The translations under genes and the position numbers were made by a program. Below, piece after piece: positions 19,523-28,343 of a stretch of DNA of 64,000 nucleotides (position 1 is the stretch's first letter; every line of letters starts with the position of its first letter). Source of the DNA: Candidatus Blackburnbacteria bacterium (GTDB taxonomy: Bacteria > Patescibacteriota > Microgenomatia > UBA8517 > UBA10165); contig JACPEJ010000001.1 in the NCBI GenBank assembly GCA_016183565.1, positions 550,479 through 614,478 of the forward strand, written 5' to 3'. Under the pieces are notes generated by a model that made no database searches, was not told where the DNA came from, and was given only the letters and a program-made list of their open reading frames with translations.

Positions 19523-20866
19523 ATGCGTACTCTTCGATATTGGGCAAGGTTCTCGGCGACTTTTTTAAAAAGGTTTAAAAGGATCCTTTTTGCTAGCATA
19601 TTTTTGGGGATTTTGGGCTTCCTTTTTTATTCTCAGGCGAGTAAGGTTTTCTCACTTTTTAATCGGGGTGAGGTTATAGGCATTGTCGGTAAGCTTTCTT
19701 TGACTGATTTGCCTTCAGAAATTCAATCAAAGGTAAGCCTTGGACTAACTACTTTGGATGAAAACGACAATGTTAAGCCTGGAATTGCAACTTATTGGGA
19801 AAGCCAGGAAGAAGGTAGGGTTTGGATTTTCAAACTCGGAGATTATACTTGGCAAGATGGTTCGCGAATTCGCGCTTCGGATATAAATTATCAATTTTCC
19901 GATGTAACTAAAGAAATTTTGGATGATAGAACTATCAAATTTACTCTAAAAGATCCTTTTGCTCCGTTTCCTTCTGTTGTTTCAAGACCGATATTTAAGC
20001 AGGGTCTTTTGGGGGCAGGGGAATGGGAAGTTCAAAAATTATCTTCACTTAGTTCGCAGTTGACTCAATCAATTCAGTTAGTTAGTAAAAAAACGGGGAA
20101 AAAACAAACCTATCGTTTTTATCAAACTGAGGATGCTCTTAGAACTGCATATAAGCTAGGTCAGATAAACAAATTGATGGGAATAATGGACACCCGAGAA
20201 CTTTCTGGTTGGCCCAATAGTGTTGTTGAGGAATATACCCACGAGGATAGATATGTGGGGATTTTTATAAACACCGAAGATCCTATTCTTTCTTCAAAAA
20301 GTGCAAGACAAGCTTTGGCATACGCAATAAATAAAGACAATTTTCCTCAAAAGAGGGCAATAAGTCCTATTTCCCCGAATTCATGGGCGTTTAATCCGCA
20401 GGTAAAACAATATAATTATAATTTAGATCGAAGCCGCGAGCTTCTTAAGACATTACCAGAACAAGTTAAAAAAGACCTCAACATTAATCTTGTAACCTCA
20501 CCAAGTCTTTTACATATTGCTGATAAGATTAAGTCGGACTGGGAGGTGGTTGGGGTGAAAACTCATATTCAAGTATCTAATGCGCCACCGCAAAGTTTCC
20601 AAACTTTTCTTGCGATACAAGCAATTCCATATGATCCGGATCAATACAGTTTTTGGCATTCGACACAGACTGCTACAAACATAACAAGATATAGTAAAAA
20701 AGAGAAAGAAAGCCAAAGGATTGACAAGCTTTTGGAGGATGGTAGAAAAACATTGGATGCGGAGGAGCGCAAGAAGATTTATTTTGATTTCCAAAGGTTC
20801 TTACTTGAAGACCTTCCTGTTATTCCTCTTTTTCACCCGGTTACTTATACTATTTCGAGGAAGTAG
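19523..20866 (+). CDS. Membrane-anchored solute-binding-protein family 5-like protein
   Basis: N-terminal TM. ATYWESQEEGRVWIFKLGDYTWQDGSRIRASDINYQF and ARQALAYAINKD resemble SBP_bac_5 (Dpp/Opp-like) motifs. Truncated relative to full-size SBPs. Confidence 0.45.
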   Translation: MRTLRYWARFSATFLKRFKRILFASIFLGILGFLFYSQASKVFSLFNRGEVIGIVGKLSLTDLPSEIQSKVSLGLTTLDENDNVKPGIATYWESQEEGRVWIFKLGDYTWQDGSRIRASDINYQFSDVTKEILDDRTIKFTLKDPFAPFPSVVSRPIFKQGLLGAGEWEVQKLSSLSSQLTQSIQLVSKKTGKKQTYRFYQTEDALRTAYKLGQINKLMGIMDTRELSGWPNSVVEEYTHEDRYVGIFINTEDPILSSKSARQALAYAINKDNFPQKRAISPISPNSWAFNPQVKQYNYNLDRSRELLKTLPEQVKKDLNINLVTSPSLLHIADKIKSDWEVVGVKTHIQVSNAPPQSFQTFLAIQAIPYDPDQYSFWHSTQTATNITRYSKKEKESQRIDKLLEDGRKTLDAEERKKIYFDFQRFLLEDLPVIPLFHPVTYTISRK

Positions 20867-20898
20867 TAAAGCAGGGTGCTCTAACCGAGCAGGTTCCC

Positions 20899-20933
20899 GA
20901 TGTGCAAACCTGTTCCACTCCCGATGTGGAATG
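20899..20933 (+). repeat. REP-like element (GATGTGCAAAnCTnTTCCAC-loop-GTGGAA family)
   Basis: gatgtgcaaacctgttccactcccgatgtggaatg is near-identical to copies at 52521-52555 and 57084-57117. Confidence 0.6.
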
Positions 20934-20997
20934 TATCTCTCGTTTTGCCATAGTGTTTATTGTAATTTTCTGTACATTTCTGTAGATAACTGTCAAT

Positions 20998-21072
20998 TGG
21001 AGCGGGTGATGGGAATCGGACCCACTGTCTCCTCCTTGGCAAGGAGGCATTTTACCGGTAAACTACACCCGC
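20998..21072 (-). tRNA. tRNA-Gly (GCC)
   Basis: The reverse complement folds as a cloverleaf: acceptor GCGGGTG/CACCCGC, anticodon loop TTGCCAA, T-loop TCCGATT, encoded CCA. Confidence 0.85.
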
Positions 21073-21077
21073 CTGTG

Positions 21078-21150
21078 TGCCGAGCTCCGGAATCGAACCG
21101 ACATCTGATCTTCTTCAGAGACCCGCCGTGACCAACTTGGCTAGCTCGGC
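21078..21150 (-). tRNA. tRNA-Phe (GAA)
   Basis: The reverse complement GCCGAGCTAGCC...GGTCTCTGAAGAAGATC... has anticodon loop CTGAAGA, T-loop TTCGATT and acceptor GCCGAGC/GCTCGGC. No encoded CCA. Confidence 0.75.
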
Positions 21151-21213
21151 TTAATATTTTTTAGTGGTTTCTTTGTTGTCTTCAGATCTATAATGCCTTT
21201 TGTTTGGCATGTG

Positions 21214-21287
21214 TGGACACTGAGGGACTTGAACCCCCGACCTTCTCAGTGTAAATGAGACGCTCTAGCCAACTGAGCTAAGTGTCC
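21214..21287 (-). tRNA. tRNA-Val (TAC)
   Basis: The reverse complement GGACACTTAGCTCAGTTGGCTAGAGCGTCTCATTTACACTGAGA... has anticodon loop TTTACAC, T-loop TTCAAGT and an encoded CCA. Confidence 0.85.
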
Positions 21288-21434
21288 TTAAGTATCCCCA
21301 ATTCTATTTCATTTTGGTATTTTTTTCAAGGAAAATTGGTGCGGGAGGTGTTGTACCCGCCTGCCGGACGGGCAGGTCTGTTCCACCGGTTCGGCTGAGC
21401 TCACGGTCGAAGTCTTTCAGGTGGAATTAAGGTT

Positions 21435-21455
21435 ACACCTCGGGGGTGGCCGCTC
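21435..21455 (+). repeat. REP-like element (copy of the RAYT-flanking repeat)
   Basis: acacctcgggggtggccgctc differs by one base from the repeat at 14724-14743 and 15497-15516. Confidence 0.55.
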
Positions 21456-21477
21456 TAACTCTAAACTAAACTATACA

Positions 21478-22215
21478 TCAATTGAGGATATCCGAGAGGA
21501 GACGTTTTGCTATATCATCTGTCCTTTGCGCAATTAGTCCCGGTTGTTCTTGAACATGGAGCGGAATGTCCTTTGCAACCTGGAAAAACTGGTAAGTACG
21601 CAATAGCGGGGGATGGGTTTCAATTACGGTATGTGAACCAAATTTACCCGCAATAAATTGCATTACAATAGAGCGTAACTCACGAATTCTAAGAAAAAAC
21701 TCACGGGTGGTAAATGGTGGGGCCAGAGCAGCGCGTCTTGAAAAACCCTTAGGCAAGAAACGGGAAGTAGCCATGTCCGGTAGAACAGAAAAGGTAACTA
21801 ACGCAAAACCAAAGGCTTCGTCTGTTTCCCGCGGACTTGGTTTTCCACTTCTTTGGGCTATTTCCATAAACCGCTGATAGTCAAAGGCATCTATTTTCCC
21901 TGTTCTGTCTATCTTGTTCAGGTTTTTCAGAAATCCGTTTTCTGCATCCAATAAATAATCTAATGTTTCACCAGCAAGATAGCCTAAGGCTGGTTGTTTA
22001 TCTGGAAGCCAATCTATCAAGCACAAATCCATCAAAAAAGCGGTATTGCGTGCCACAACAACTGGAGTTGGATTATCCCGAGTAATAACTATATCAGAAG
22101 AAGGTTCACCACGTTCTACTATCATAGATACCTTATAGCATACAGAAGATTGTATTTGCAAGCTGAAAAAATGATGGCCAGTGCACCTTTTCCCCTCTGG
22201 GTTGAAAAGACACAC
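21478..22215 (-). CDS. Hypothetical protein, co-oriented and operonic with the PRTase
   Basis: 245 aa ORF with a 12-nt gap to the upstream PRTase gene. No motif I can assign. Confidence 0.45.
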   Translation of the reverse strand: MCLFNPEGKRCTGHHFFSLQIQSSVCYKVSMIVERGEPSSDIVITRDNPTPVVVARNTAFLMDLCLIDWLPDKQPALGYLAGETLDYLLDAENGFLKNLNKIDRTGKIDAFDYQRFMEIAQRSGKPSPRETDEAFGFALVTFSVLPDMATSRFLPKGFSRRAALAPPFTTREFFLRIRELRSIVMQFIAGKFGSHTVIETHPPLLRTYQFFQVAKDIPLHVQEQPGLIAQRTDDIAKRLLSDILN

Positions 22216-22227
22216 TGGCCGGATGGG

Positions 22228-22866
22228 TTAGGGGAGAGCACCAAGACGACGTAGGAGGAACTCACGCCCTTTGCCAATGTCTGTGTTGATCGGCACGCCT
22301 TGGGCGCACAGCGGACAGTCCGCTTCATTCCATGCGTCCATCGTCACATCAACAAGCGATACGAGCTTTGGCACGTATGCTAGATCCTCTGGCGTGACCC
22401 CTCTGCGATTGCAGAGGACACCAAGACCGGCGACGTTCCCGCCGATTGCCCGCGTGACTTCGATAACCTTTCGGGCCAAGCCGCCGGTGGTGAGAACATC
22501 TTCCACTACGAGGACGTTCCTGCCTTGGATGAGCTTGTCGTAGCCACGCCTGATTGCGAATCCGTCTCCTTCCTTATCAGCGTAGACGCCGAGTACTTCT
22601 TGGCCGGTTATCAGGGTTAGGTGGTGGGCTGTCCACTGTGAGAGAATCACGCCGCCAACTGCCGGAGCGATGACTACCCTCACCTTGTCGTCCGCGAACT
22701 GCTCGGCGATTGCGCGGCACAGGCGAGACGTTTCTACAGTGTGTGGGTAGACCGCATCCTTGTTGACGTAGGCCGTGCCGTGCTTGCCGGAAGTGTAGAC
22801 GATGTGGCTATTCGTGATCACTGCGCCGACTCTCCCGAGCACTTCCAGGACTTCCGCTTCGGTCAC
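22228..22866 (-). CDS. Type I phosphoribosyltransferase (orotate/purine PRTase-like)
   Basis: PRPP-binding loop VLVVEDVLTTGGL, ~210 aa, with an AAGGAGGAG RBS 4 nt upstream. The local sequence is visibly GC-richer than its surroundings. Confidence 0.8.
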   Translation of the reverse strand: MTEAEVLEVLGRVGAVITNSHIVYTSGKHGTAYVNKDAVYPHTVETSRLCRAIAEQFADDKVRVVIAPAVGGVILSQWTAHHLTLITGQEVLGVYADKEGDGFAIRRGYDKLIQGRNVLVVEDVLTTGGLARKVIEVTRAIGGNVAGLGVLCNRRGVTPEDLAYVPKLVSLVDVTMDAWNEADCPLCAQGVPINTDIGKGREFLLRRLGALP

Positions 22867-23408
22867 ATCTCCTCCTTGTTTTCAAGGTGTGTGTCCAACA
22901 CATCTGCACTGGTCAGTATTGGGCAGCTACCTCTTGGACTTGGTCGGGTGTCAGCTCTCCGAGCCAGAACTTATAATGTGTTTTGCCAGGAAGGAAGTCT
23001 TGCATACCCAGAGCAGTAGCCACAGCGGAGATGCCTTCCAAGCTAACCGGAAAGTCTTGGATTAGGACATGTACCTTACCTGAACCAGGTTGGTGAAGTC
23101 CGAAAAGGTATTGTCATACCTCACCTTCGGTATACTCCAGCCTGTATCTTCCCGATACTCGGACCTCACCTTCGATGTCTCCCAGAATCTGGGCGGGTGA
23201 GAGAGGGGTATCACCGGATTTTATTGCTATCTCGCTGGCAGGTATCCGTGGAGGCGTGTAGGGAAACTCTGGGTCAAAGATGGGCCTTCTCGTGTGCCGA
23301 GTCTGCATGGGGCGCGATCTCCTTTCAAAGTGCGTTTGTCCGACGCGTAAATCCTATTCCTATGAGTTTTGTCAGACTGAGCTAAGTATATGCCGAAGAA
23401 CGGACAAG

Positions 23409-23942
23409 TCAACGGGGTATTATTTTTTTAAGTCCCTTGGTTGCTGCTCTTTGTTCTATTTCGTCTGGGCCAGAGTTGCATGTCATAGGAGCCTTGCTAT
23501 TGTGAGGAACCAAAAATTTAGGGGTCGAACTAAACAAACAGATGCCTTGAGGGTCTTGGGGTATATTTATTTGGGCTCTGCCGTTAGCTTGAGGTAAAAG
23601 TTGCGCGATTGCTCCTGCGTCTTCTTTAGATACAAAAAGGGGGCATGTTTCGCAATTTTTTGTTACATATCTGTGGTCCCAGTCCCAGCGAGATGTTTTT
23701 CCAAGCACTACTTCCACAGGCTTTCCCAAAACAGTATAGGCTGTTACCTGTGTAATTTCAGTTTCAGCTTTTCCTGTAGTAGCTTTTCTTCTTTTTGGAC
23801 GGATTCTTTCGGGATAGTAGGATACTGGTAAGACTCTGTGGTCTTCTAGCCATTGGTCCCACTCGTGGGGTTTTACAAGATCACGATAGGGTGTAGTAAG
23901 CCCTCGTTCCTTTTGCATTAGGGGGATTATATCACACACCAC
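23409..23942 (-). CDS. Hypothetical protein
   Basis: 177 aa ORF ending next to the tRNA-Leu cluster. No recognisable motif. Confidence 0.35.
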   Translation of the reverse strand: MVCDIIPLMQKERGLTTPYRDLVKPHEWDQWLEDHRVLPVSYYPERIRPKRRKATTGKAETEITQVTAYTVLGKPVEVVLGKTSRWDWDHRYVTKNCETCPLFVSKEDAGAIAQLLPQANGRAQINIPQDPQGICLFSSTPKFLVPHNSKAPMTCNSGPDEIEQRAATKGLKKIIPR

Positions 23943-23970
23943 CTGAATTTGGTGGTATAATTGTCTACTT

Positions 23971-24054
23971 GGGCAAGTGGCGGAATTGGCAGACGCGTAC
24001 GGTTCAGGGCCGTATGGGTTTACACCTGTGGAGGTTCGAGTCCTCTCTTGCCCA
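23971..24054 (+). tRNA. tRNA-Leu (CAG)
   Basis: GGGCAAGTGGCGGAATTGGCAGACGCGTACGGTTCAGGGCCGTA... has anticodon loop TTCAGGG, a long variable arm, T-loop TTCGAGT and acceptor GGGCAAG/CTTGCCC. Confidence 0.85.
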
Positions 24055-24163
24055 CAGTTTTACATATACAACTCGTTTCAAAACTCAGAGATTAGCTTTG
24101 CTAAAATTTTTGAAACGAGATTGGAGAAGCTGTTTTGAAACAGCTTCATAATCTAAAACCTAA

Positions 24164-24249
24164 GCCAGGGTGGAGAAATTTGGTAAACTCGCTATCTTGA
24201 GGAGGTAGTGCCGAAAGGCTTGCAGGTTCAAGTCCTGTCCCTGGCACCA
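24164..24249 (+). tRNA. tRNA-Leu (GAG)
   Basis: GCCAGGGTGGAGAAATTTGGTAAACTCGCTATCTTGAGGAGGTAG... has anticodon loop TTGAGGA, a long variable arm, T-loop TTCAAGT and an encoded CCA. Confidence 0.8.
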
Positions 24250-24265
24250 GGATTTTGAAGCACAT

Positions 24266-24336
24266 TGCGGGATCGTCTAGTGGTAGGACACGGGTCTTTG
24301 GAGCCCGGTACCATGGTTCGAATCCATGTCCCGCAG
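24266..24336 (+). tRNA. tRNA-Gln (TTG)
   Basis: TGCGGGATCGTCTAGTGGTAGGACACGGGTCTTTGGAGCCCG... has the U1:A72 pair and G73 characteristic of bacterial tRNA-Gln, anticodon loop CTTTGGA, and T-loop TTCGAAT. Confidence 0.75.
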
Positions 24337-24566
24337 CATATTTTTTGGGCCATCTCGTAGGCCGAAGACTCCGCAGTTAAAAAAACCTATAACCTCAAAG
24401 CTAATTTGACACTGGTTACGGAAAAGGTGTTCAATGATGGGGTGGACGATACCGAACAGCAGGAAGTACCTAAATTACCCACAACTTGATAAGGGGTTGG
24501 ATACTCCTGAGAATGCCAGAAAACCAGATATTGAAAGAATACAACGTAAGCTCGGTACGATTTAAG

Positions 24567-25340
24567 TTATCGAACTACTATCCAAAAAAGAACTGCGAGG
24601 ATTATTCTGTAAACCCCGAATGGTACAAAAGTGTGGGTTTGGACAAATTTTAAGAAGTATTTAACTGTTATTAGAGCTACAGTAAATGTCCCCATAAAAC
24701 CAACTGCGAGAAGCAAATACTCCTCACCCGTAAAAGCAAGATCGCTTTTTATCAAATCTAGACTTGTTGCAGCAAGCATTGTTGGGATAGCAAGCAAAAA
24801 AGAAAACTCAACTGCGGATCGTCTATCTAAACCTAATATCATTCCGCCAAAAATGGTTGCTGCGGCTCGCGATACACCTGGAATCATAGAAAAAGACTGA
24901 AAAATGCCAATAAGAACTGCTTGACGAAGGCTCATACTCTTTATCTGTAATTGTGTTTTTTCTTCTTTGGGTTTCCAGAGTTTTTCAAAAAGAATAATAA
25001 AAATTCCCCCAATAAAAAGTGCAGCAAGAGTAACTGCTTCGTTTCCCAATAGAACACGTTTTATGAATCCATAGAGAAGAAACCCCAAGATTCCTGTTGG
25101 AATAAATGCCCCCAACACACGAAGCCAGATTTTTTTCTCAATAAGAATTGTCCGGCCATATAAGGCAACAACAGCTAAAATTGCACCAAGTTGAATGCTT
25201 ATCTCGAAACTTTTGACAAAGTCTGTTTGAGTGATATTCAAAATCTTGCTTGCTAAGACAAGATGTCCGGTGGAGGAGATGGGAAGAAACTCCGAAAGAC
25301 CTTCGACAATGCTAAGTATTAAGACATCTAACAAATCCAC
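24567..25340 (-). CDS. uppP: Undecaprenyl-diphosphate phosphatase
   Basis: 257 aa. N-terminal MDLLDVLILSIVEGLSEFLPISSTGHL BacA/UppP signature; 8 TM helices. Confidence 0.9.
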   Translation of the reverse strand: MDLLDVLILSIVEGLSEFLPISSTGHLVLASKILNITQTDFVKSFEISIQLGAILAVVALYGRTILIEKKIWLRVLGAFIPTGILGFLLYGFIKRVLLGNEAVTLAALFIGGIFIILFEKLWKPKEEKTQLQIKSMSLRQAVLIGIFQSFSMIPGVSRAAATIFGGMILGLDRRSAVEFSFLLAIPTMLAATSLDLIKSDLAFTGEEYLLLAVGFMGTFTVALITVKYFLKFVQTHTFVPFGVYRIILAVLFWIVVR

Positions 25341-25406
25341 AGTTAATATGATACAAGATTTGGTAGAATGGAAACAATGATAATTTCAATTTTCAATTTT
25401 TAAATT

Positions 25407-27029
25407 ATGGCTTTCTTCAAAAAACTACTCAAGAAGAATCGAAATGTGGTAATTCTCTTTTGTATTGTAGGATTTGCATTATATGTTAATACCTTTCCTA
25501 ACAAGATGTTCTGGGATGATGAAGATAATGTTTTATTTAATACTTATGTTCAAGATTGGAAATACTTTCCTAAATATTTTACTGAAAACGTTGTTGCAGG
25601 TAGGGGACTCTCAAGTAATTATTGGCGTCCGGTTGTTTTAATGTTTTGGTCTTTGGAGTGGCACCTTTGGGAGGGTTGGGCACCTGGGTATCATTTTGCA
25701 CAAATGATATTGCATATAACTGCTGCCTCTTTGTTGTTTTTTGCATTGCTTTCTCTTTTTAATCGAAGAGTGCTCGCACTTCTTGCTGCTTTGGTTTTTC
25801 TTGTACACCCTGTGCAAACGGAGGCAATTACTTATGCGACTGGCACAAGCGATCCCTTATCGAGTATTTTTGTTTTTCTTGCAATTATTTTTTATCTTAG
25901 ATTCCGAAGATCGGGTAAACCATTTTTTTCCTCCCGAAGCTATTGGGTGGCCCTTTTAATATATCCTATCCTTCTTATGACTCGAGAAACCACGATAATT
26001 CTTATTGCACAGTTAGCTTTGGTCGATTTCGTTTTTCTTTGTCAGAAACAGGCAAGTTCTTTCTTGACTCTTTTTAAAAAGATTTCAATACCACTTTCTC
26101 CTCATATTCTTGTTGCTAGTTTTTATCTTCTTCTTCGAGGAACTGTTCTTAATTTTCAAAATACGTTCAATATTTACGAGGAACAAAACGAGTTTACTGT
26201 AAATCCGATCTTTCGTCTTTTCACTTTCTTTAGAGTTGTTTCGATGTATATACAAACTCTTTTTTGGCCTTTTGGTTTGCATATGGAAAGAGAGGTTGAG
26301 ATTGCAAAATCACTTTTTGCTCCCGACGTATTAAGTGGCGGAATTTTGCTTTTGGGTTCTTTAATTCTTTTGTTAATTTTTGCTTGGAAATATGAACCAA
26401 AATATTCAATTCCTCTTTTTGGGATTGCGTGGCTTTGGTTTGGACTTTTCCCAACATCCAACCTAATTATTCCTGTTAACGGGTTAATGTTTGAACACTG
26501 GCTTTATCTACCAATAATGGGTTTTGCGCTTACATTAATTTGGCTAGCTTATAGAGCTATACAAACGGCACCTGTTCCACAGAGTATTTCACTTCCCAGT
26601 TTTCTTTTTCTCTATCTCTTGCTCCTACTTTTCTTTTCTGTCCGCACTATTCAACGAAATAAAGAATGGCGGGACCCTGTTACTTTTTACAATCAAGTTT
26701 TAGAATATTCTCCGAATAGTTATCGAATTGTAAATAATTTGGGGATGGCGTATGCAGATAAAAATGATCATATGAAAGCAGAAGAAACGTACAAGCGAGC
26801 AATTAGTTTACAACCAAGTAATGCAGTTGCACATCACAATCTTGGCAATACTTACAAGGGGCAGGGGAAATATGACTTGGCAGCAGAAGAATTCAAAACA
26901 GCGATAAAATTGCAGCCGGATTTCTTCTTTTCTTATAACGCTTTAGCTGATCTCTATCTACGACAAGGGAATCCTGAAGCAGCAAGGGAGGTTCTAAATG
27001 AAATTAAGCATATTGATCCCAGTCTTTAA
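25407..27029 (+). CDS. Polytopic membrane protein with C-terminal TPR repeats (TMTC/DUF1736-like putative GT-C glycosyltransferase)
   Basis: ~10 TM helices followed by TPR-like repeats (AYADKNDHMKAEETYKRAISLQPSNAVAHHNLGNTYKGQGKYDLAAEEFKTAIKLQPDF). Confidence 0.6.
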   Translation: MAFFKKLLKKNRNVVILFCIVGFALYVNTFPNKMFWDDEDNVLFNTYVQDWKYFPKYFTENVVAGRGLSSNYWRPVVLMFWSLEWHLWEGWAPGYHFAQMILHITAASLLFFALLSLFNRRVLALLAALVFLVHPVQTEAITYATGTSDPLSSIFVFLAIIFYLRFRRSGKPFFSSRSYWVALLIYPILLMTRETTIILIAQLALVDFVFLCQKQASSFLTLFKKISIPLSPHILVASFYLLLRGTVLNFQNTFNIYEEQNEFTVNPIFRLFTFFRVVSMYIQTLFWPFGLHMEREVEIAKSLFAPDVLSGGILLLGSLILLLIFAWKYEPKYSIPLFGIAWLWFGLFPTSNLIIPVNGLMFEHWLYLPIMGFALTLIWLAYRAIQTAPVPQSISLPSFLFLYLLLLLFFSVRTIQRNKEWRDPVTFYNQVLEYSPNSYRIVNNLGMAYADKNDHMKAEETYKRAISLQPSNAVAHHNLGNTYKGQGKYDLAAEEFKTAIKLQPDFFFSYNALADLYLRQGNPEAAREVLNEIKHIDPSL

Positions 27030-27684
27030 CGAGGAGCGTACAATAGAAAAGTTACTGAAAAAAGTAATAAGTGCACCGATAAGAGGGTGGAGAAAAGAAA
27101 TTGTGGTCGTTGATGATTGTTCAACTGATAAAACACACAAGATCTTGGCAGCGCTCACGCAAAAATACAAGTTTAAGCTAATAAAGCATGGTATGAACAC
27201 GGGCAAGGGTGGTGCAGTAAAGACAGCTCTTAAATACGCAACAGGAGATATTGTTTTAACTCAGGATGCTGACTTGGAATATGATCCAAAGGATTATAAA
27301 ATTTTACTTTCTGCATATGGCTTCAAAAATCCGGTGGTGTATGGGTCAAGAAATTTGGGGGCCACAAACAGGGGATATCTTATTTGTTATCTTTGCGGGC
27401 GGTGTTTAACTTTACTAAACAATCTGCTTTACGGATCAAGTATTACTGACATAAATACGGGTTACAAACTTTTTAGAGCAGACATAATTAAAAACGCAAA
27501 TCTTCAAGTTGATGGGTTTGATTTTTGTCATGAGATAACTGCGAAGGTACTTCGGTCTGGTTATAAGATAAAAGAAGTTCCAATAAACTACTATCCACGA
27601 AGTTATTCTGAAGGGAAGAAGGTAAAAGTTCGTGATGCGATTTTGGATCTCTGGACAACTATTAAATATAGATTTGTAAAGTGA
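26998..27684 (+). CDS. Family 2 glycosyltransferase (polyprenol-phosphate sugar transferase-like)
   Basis: ILIPVFNEE...VVVDDCSTDKT...DADLEYDP are GT-A DxD-fold hallmarks. Overlaps the upstream gene by ~30 nt. Confidence 0.85.
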   Translation: MKLSILIPVFNEERTIEKLLKKVISAPIRGWRKEIVVVDDCSTDKTHKILAALTQKYKFKLIKHGMNTGKGGAVKTALKYATGDIVLTQDADLEYDPKDYKILLSAYGFKNPVVYGSRNLGATNRGYLICYLCGRCLTLLNNLLYGSSITDINTGYKLFRADIIKNANLQVDGFDFCHEITAKVLRSGYKIKEVPINYYPRSYSEGKKVKVRDAILDLWTTIKYRFVK

Positions 27685-27753
27685 GGGTTGGGGAGTGGCG
27701 ACACTGCGACAGATGCCATCAAAAAACAAAATTGCCAAAACGGGGTTTTCTTT

Positions 27754-28266
27754 TTACTTCAATATGTCTCCACAGGCTACGTACACCTTAGCTTGGGGAA
27801 CGGATTTGTGGACACTTAGCACAAGAGGTAGAGAGCTTTTTAGAGTATCTAAATTTATATCGAGCAGGGTTTCGGATTTGCCGTCTACTACGTTTGAAAG
27901 GGGATATTTCACAGCTCCTATGGTAGGACAGGTACCTAAATGAATATGCGCCGGTTGGGGGTTTTTAGGACTTCCACTTAGACTTAGTACAACAACTACT
28001 TTGCCGTCTTTCTCGGTAATTGTAGCTGTACCGTATTCTCCGGATTTATTTTGCTGTTCTAAAGAAACTGTAAGTTCTTCCGGTTGTCTTGCAATGCTTA
28101 CTAAATCTGAACTTTTGCGATCTTTAAGATAGACAAAACCAGCGATTGCGATAAGTAAGGCCACTCCAAGAACCATGATATTTTGGGTAGAAGAGCTTGT
28201 TGTTTTGCGATAGGTAGTTTTAGCGGGAGTTTTTGTAGTTTTTGTGGTTTTTCTTTTGGCAGGCAT
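27754..28266 (-). CDS. Membrane-anchored CHRD-domain-like protein
   Basis: Lys/Thr-rich N-terminus plus a TM helix. The C-terminal PAHIHLGTCPTIGAVKYPL resembles the CHRD HIH.G signature. Confidence 0.45.
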   Translation of the reverse strand: MPAKRKTTKTTKTPAKTTYRKTTSSSTQNIMVLGVALLIAIAGFVYLKDRKSSDLVSIARQPEELTVSLEQQNKSGEYGTATITEKDGKVVVVLSLSGSPKNPQPAHIHLGTCPTIGAVKYPLSNVVDGKSETLLDINLDTLKSSLPLVLSVHKSVPQAKVYVACGDILK

Positions 28267-28343
28267 ACATTATTAGAACCGAGAGTGTATATTTATGTCA
28301 AGCCCCAATACATCCTTTAAAATTTATTGCTACAATACAAAAT

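Noticed and set aside
21338-21425. Calling this segment a tRNA or SRP RNA
   Set aside because: No 5' acceptor strand complementary to the CTCCCGC 3' strand is present. No GGAA/GNRA domain-IV motif of SRP RNA is present either. Kept only as an unassigned structured element.
22741-23385. Several 60-100-aa ORFs on both strands in the GC-rich gene-free stretch
   Set aside because: They mutually overlap, with no RBS and no recognisable motifs. More likely a decayed gene or non-coding. Reported as a finding, not as CDS.
22228-23410. Retron (RT-PRTase) interpretation of the PRTase island
   Set aside because: No reverse transcriptase gene or msr/msd-like a1/a2 repeat pair could be identified nearby. 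PRTase alone is insufficient.
26085-26461. Three overlapping 65-95-aa minus-strand ORFs inside the TMTC-like gene
   Set aside because: They are Lys-rich translations antisense to an AT-rich membrane-protein gene, with no start context. Treated as spurious.
28242-28343. Upstream extension of the ArnT-like ORF (MWFFFWQAYIIRTES...)
   Set aside because: The extension overlaps the divergent upstream gene/promoter region. The canonical ArnT/PMT N-terminus begins at the internal Met at 28344.
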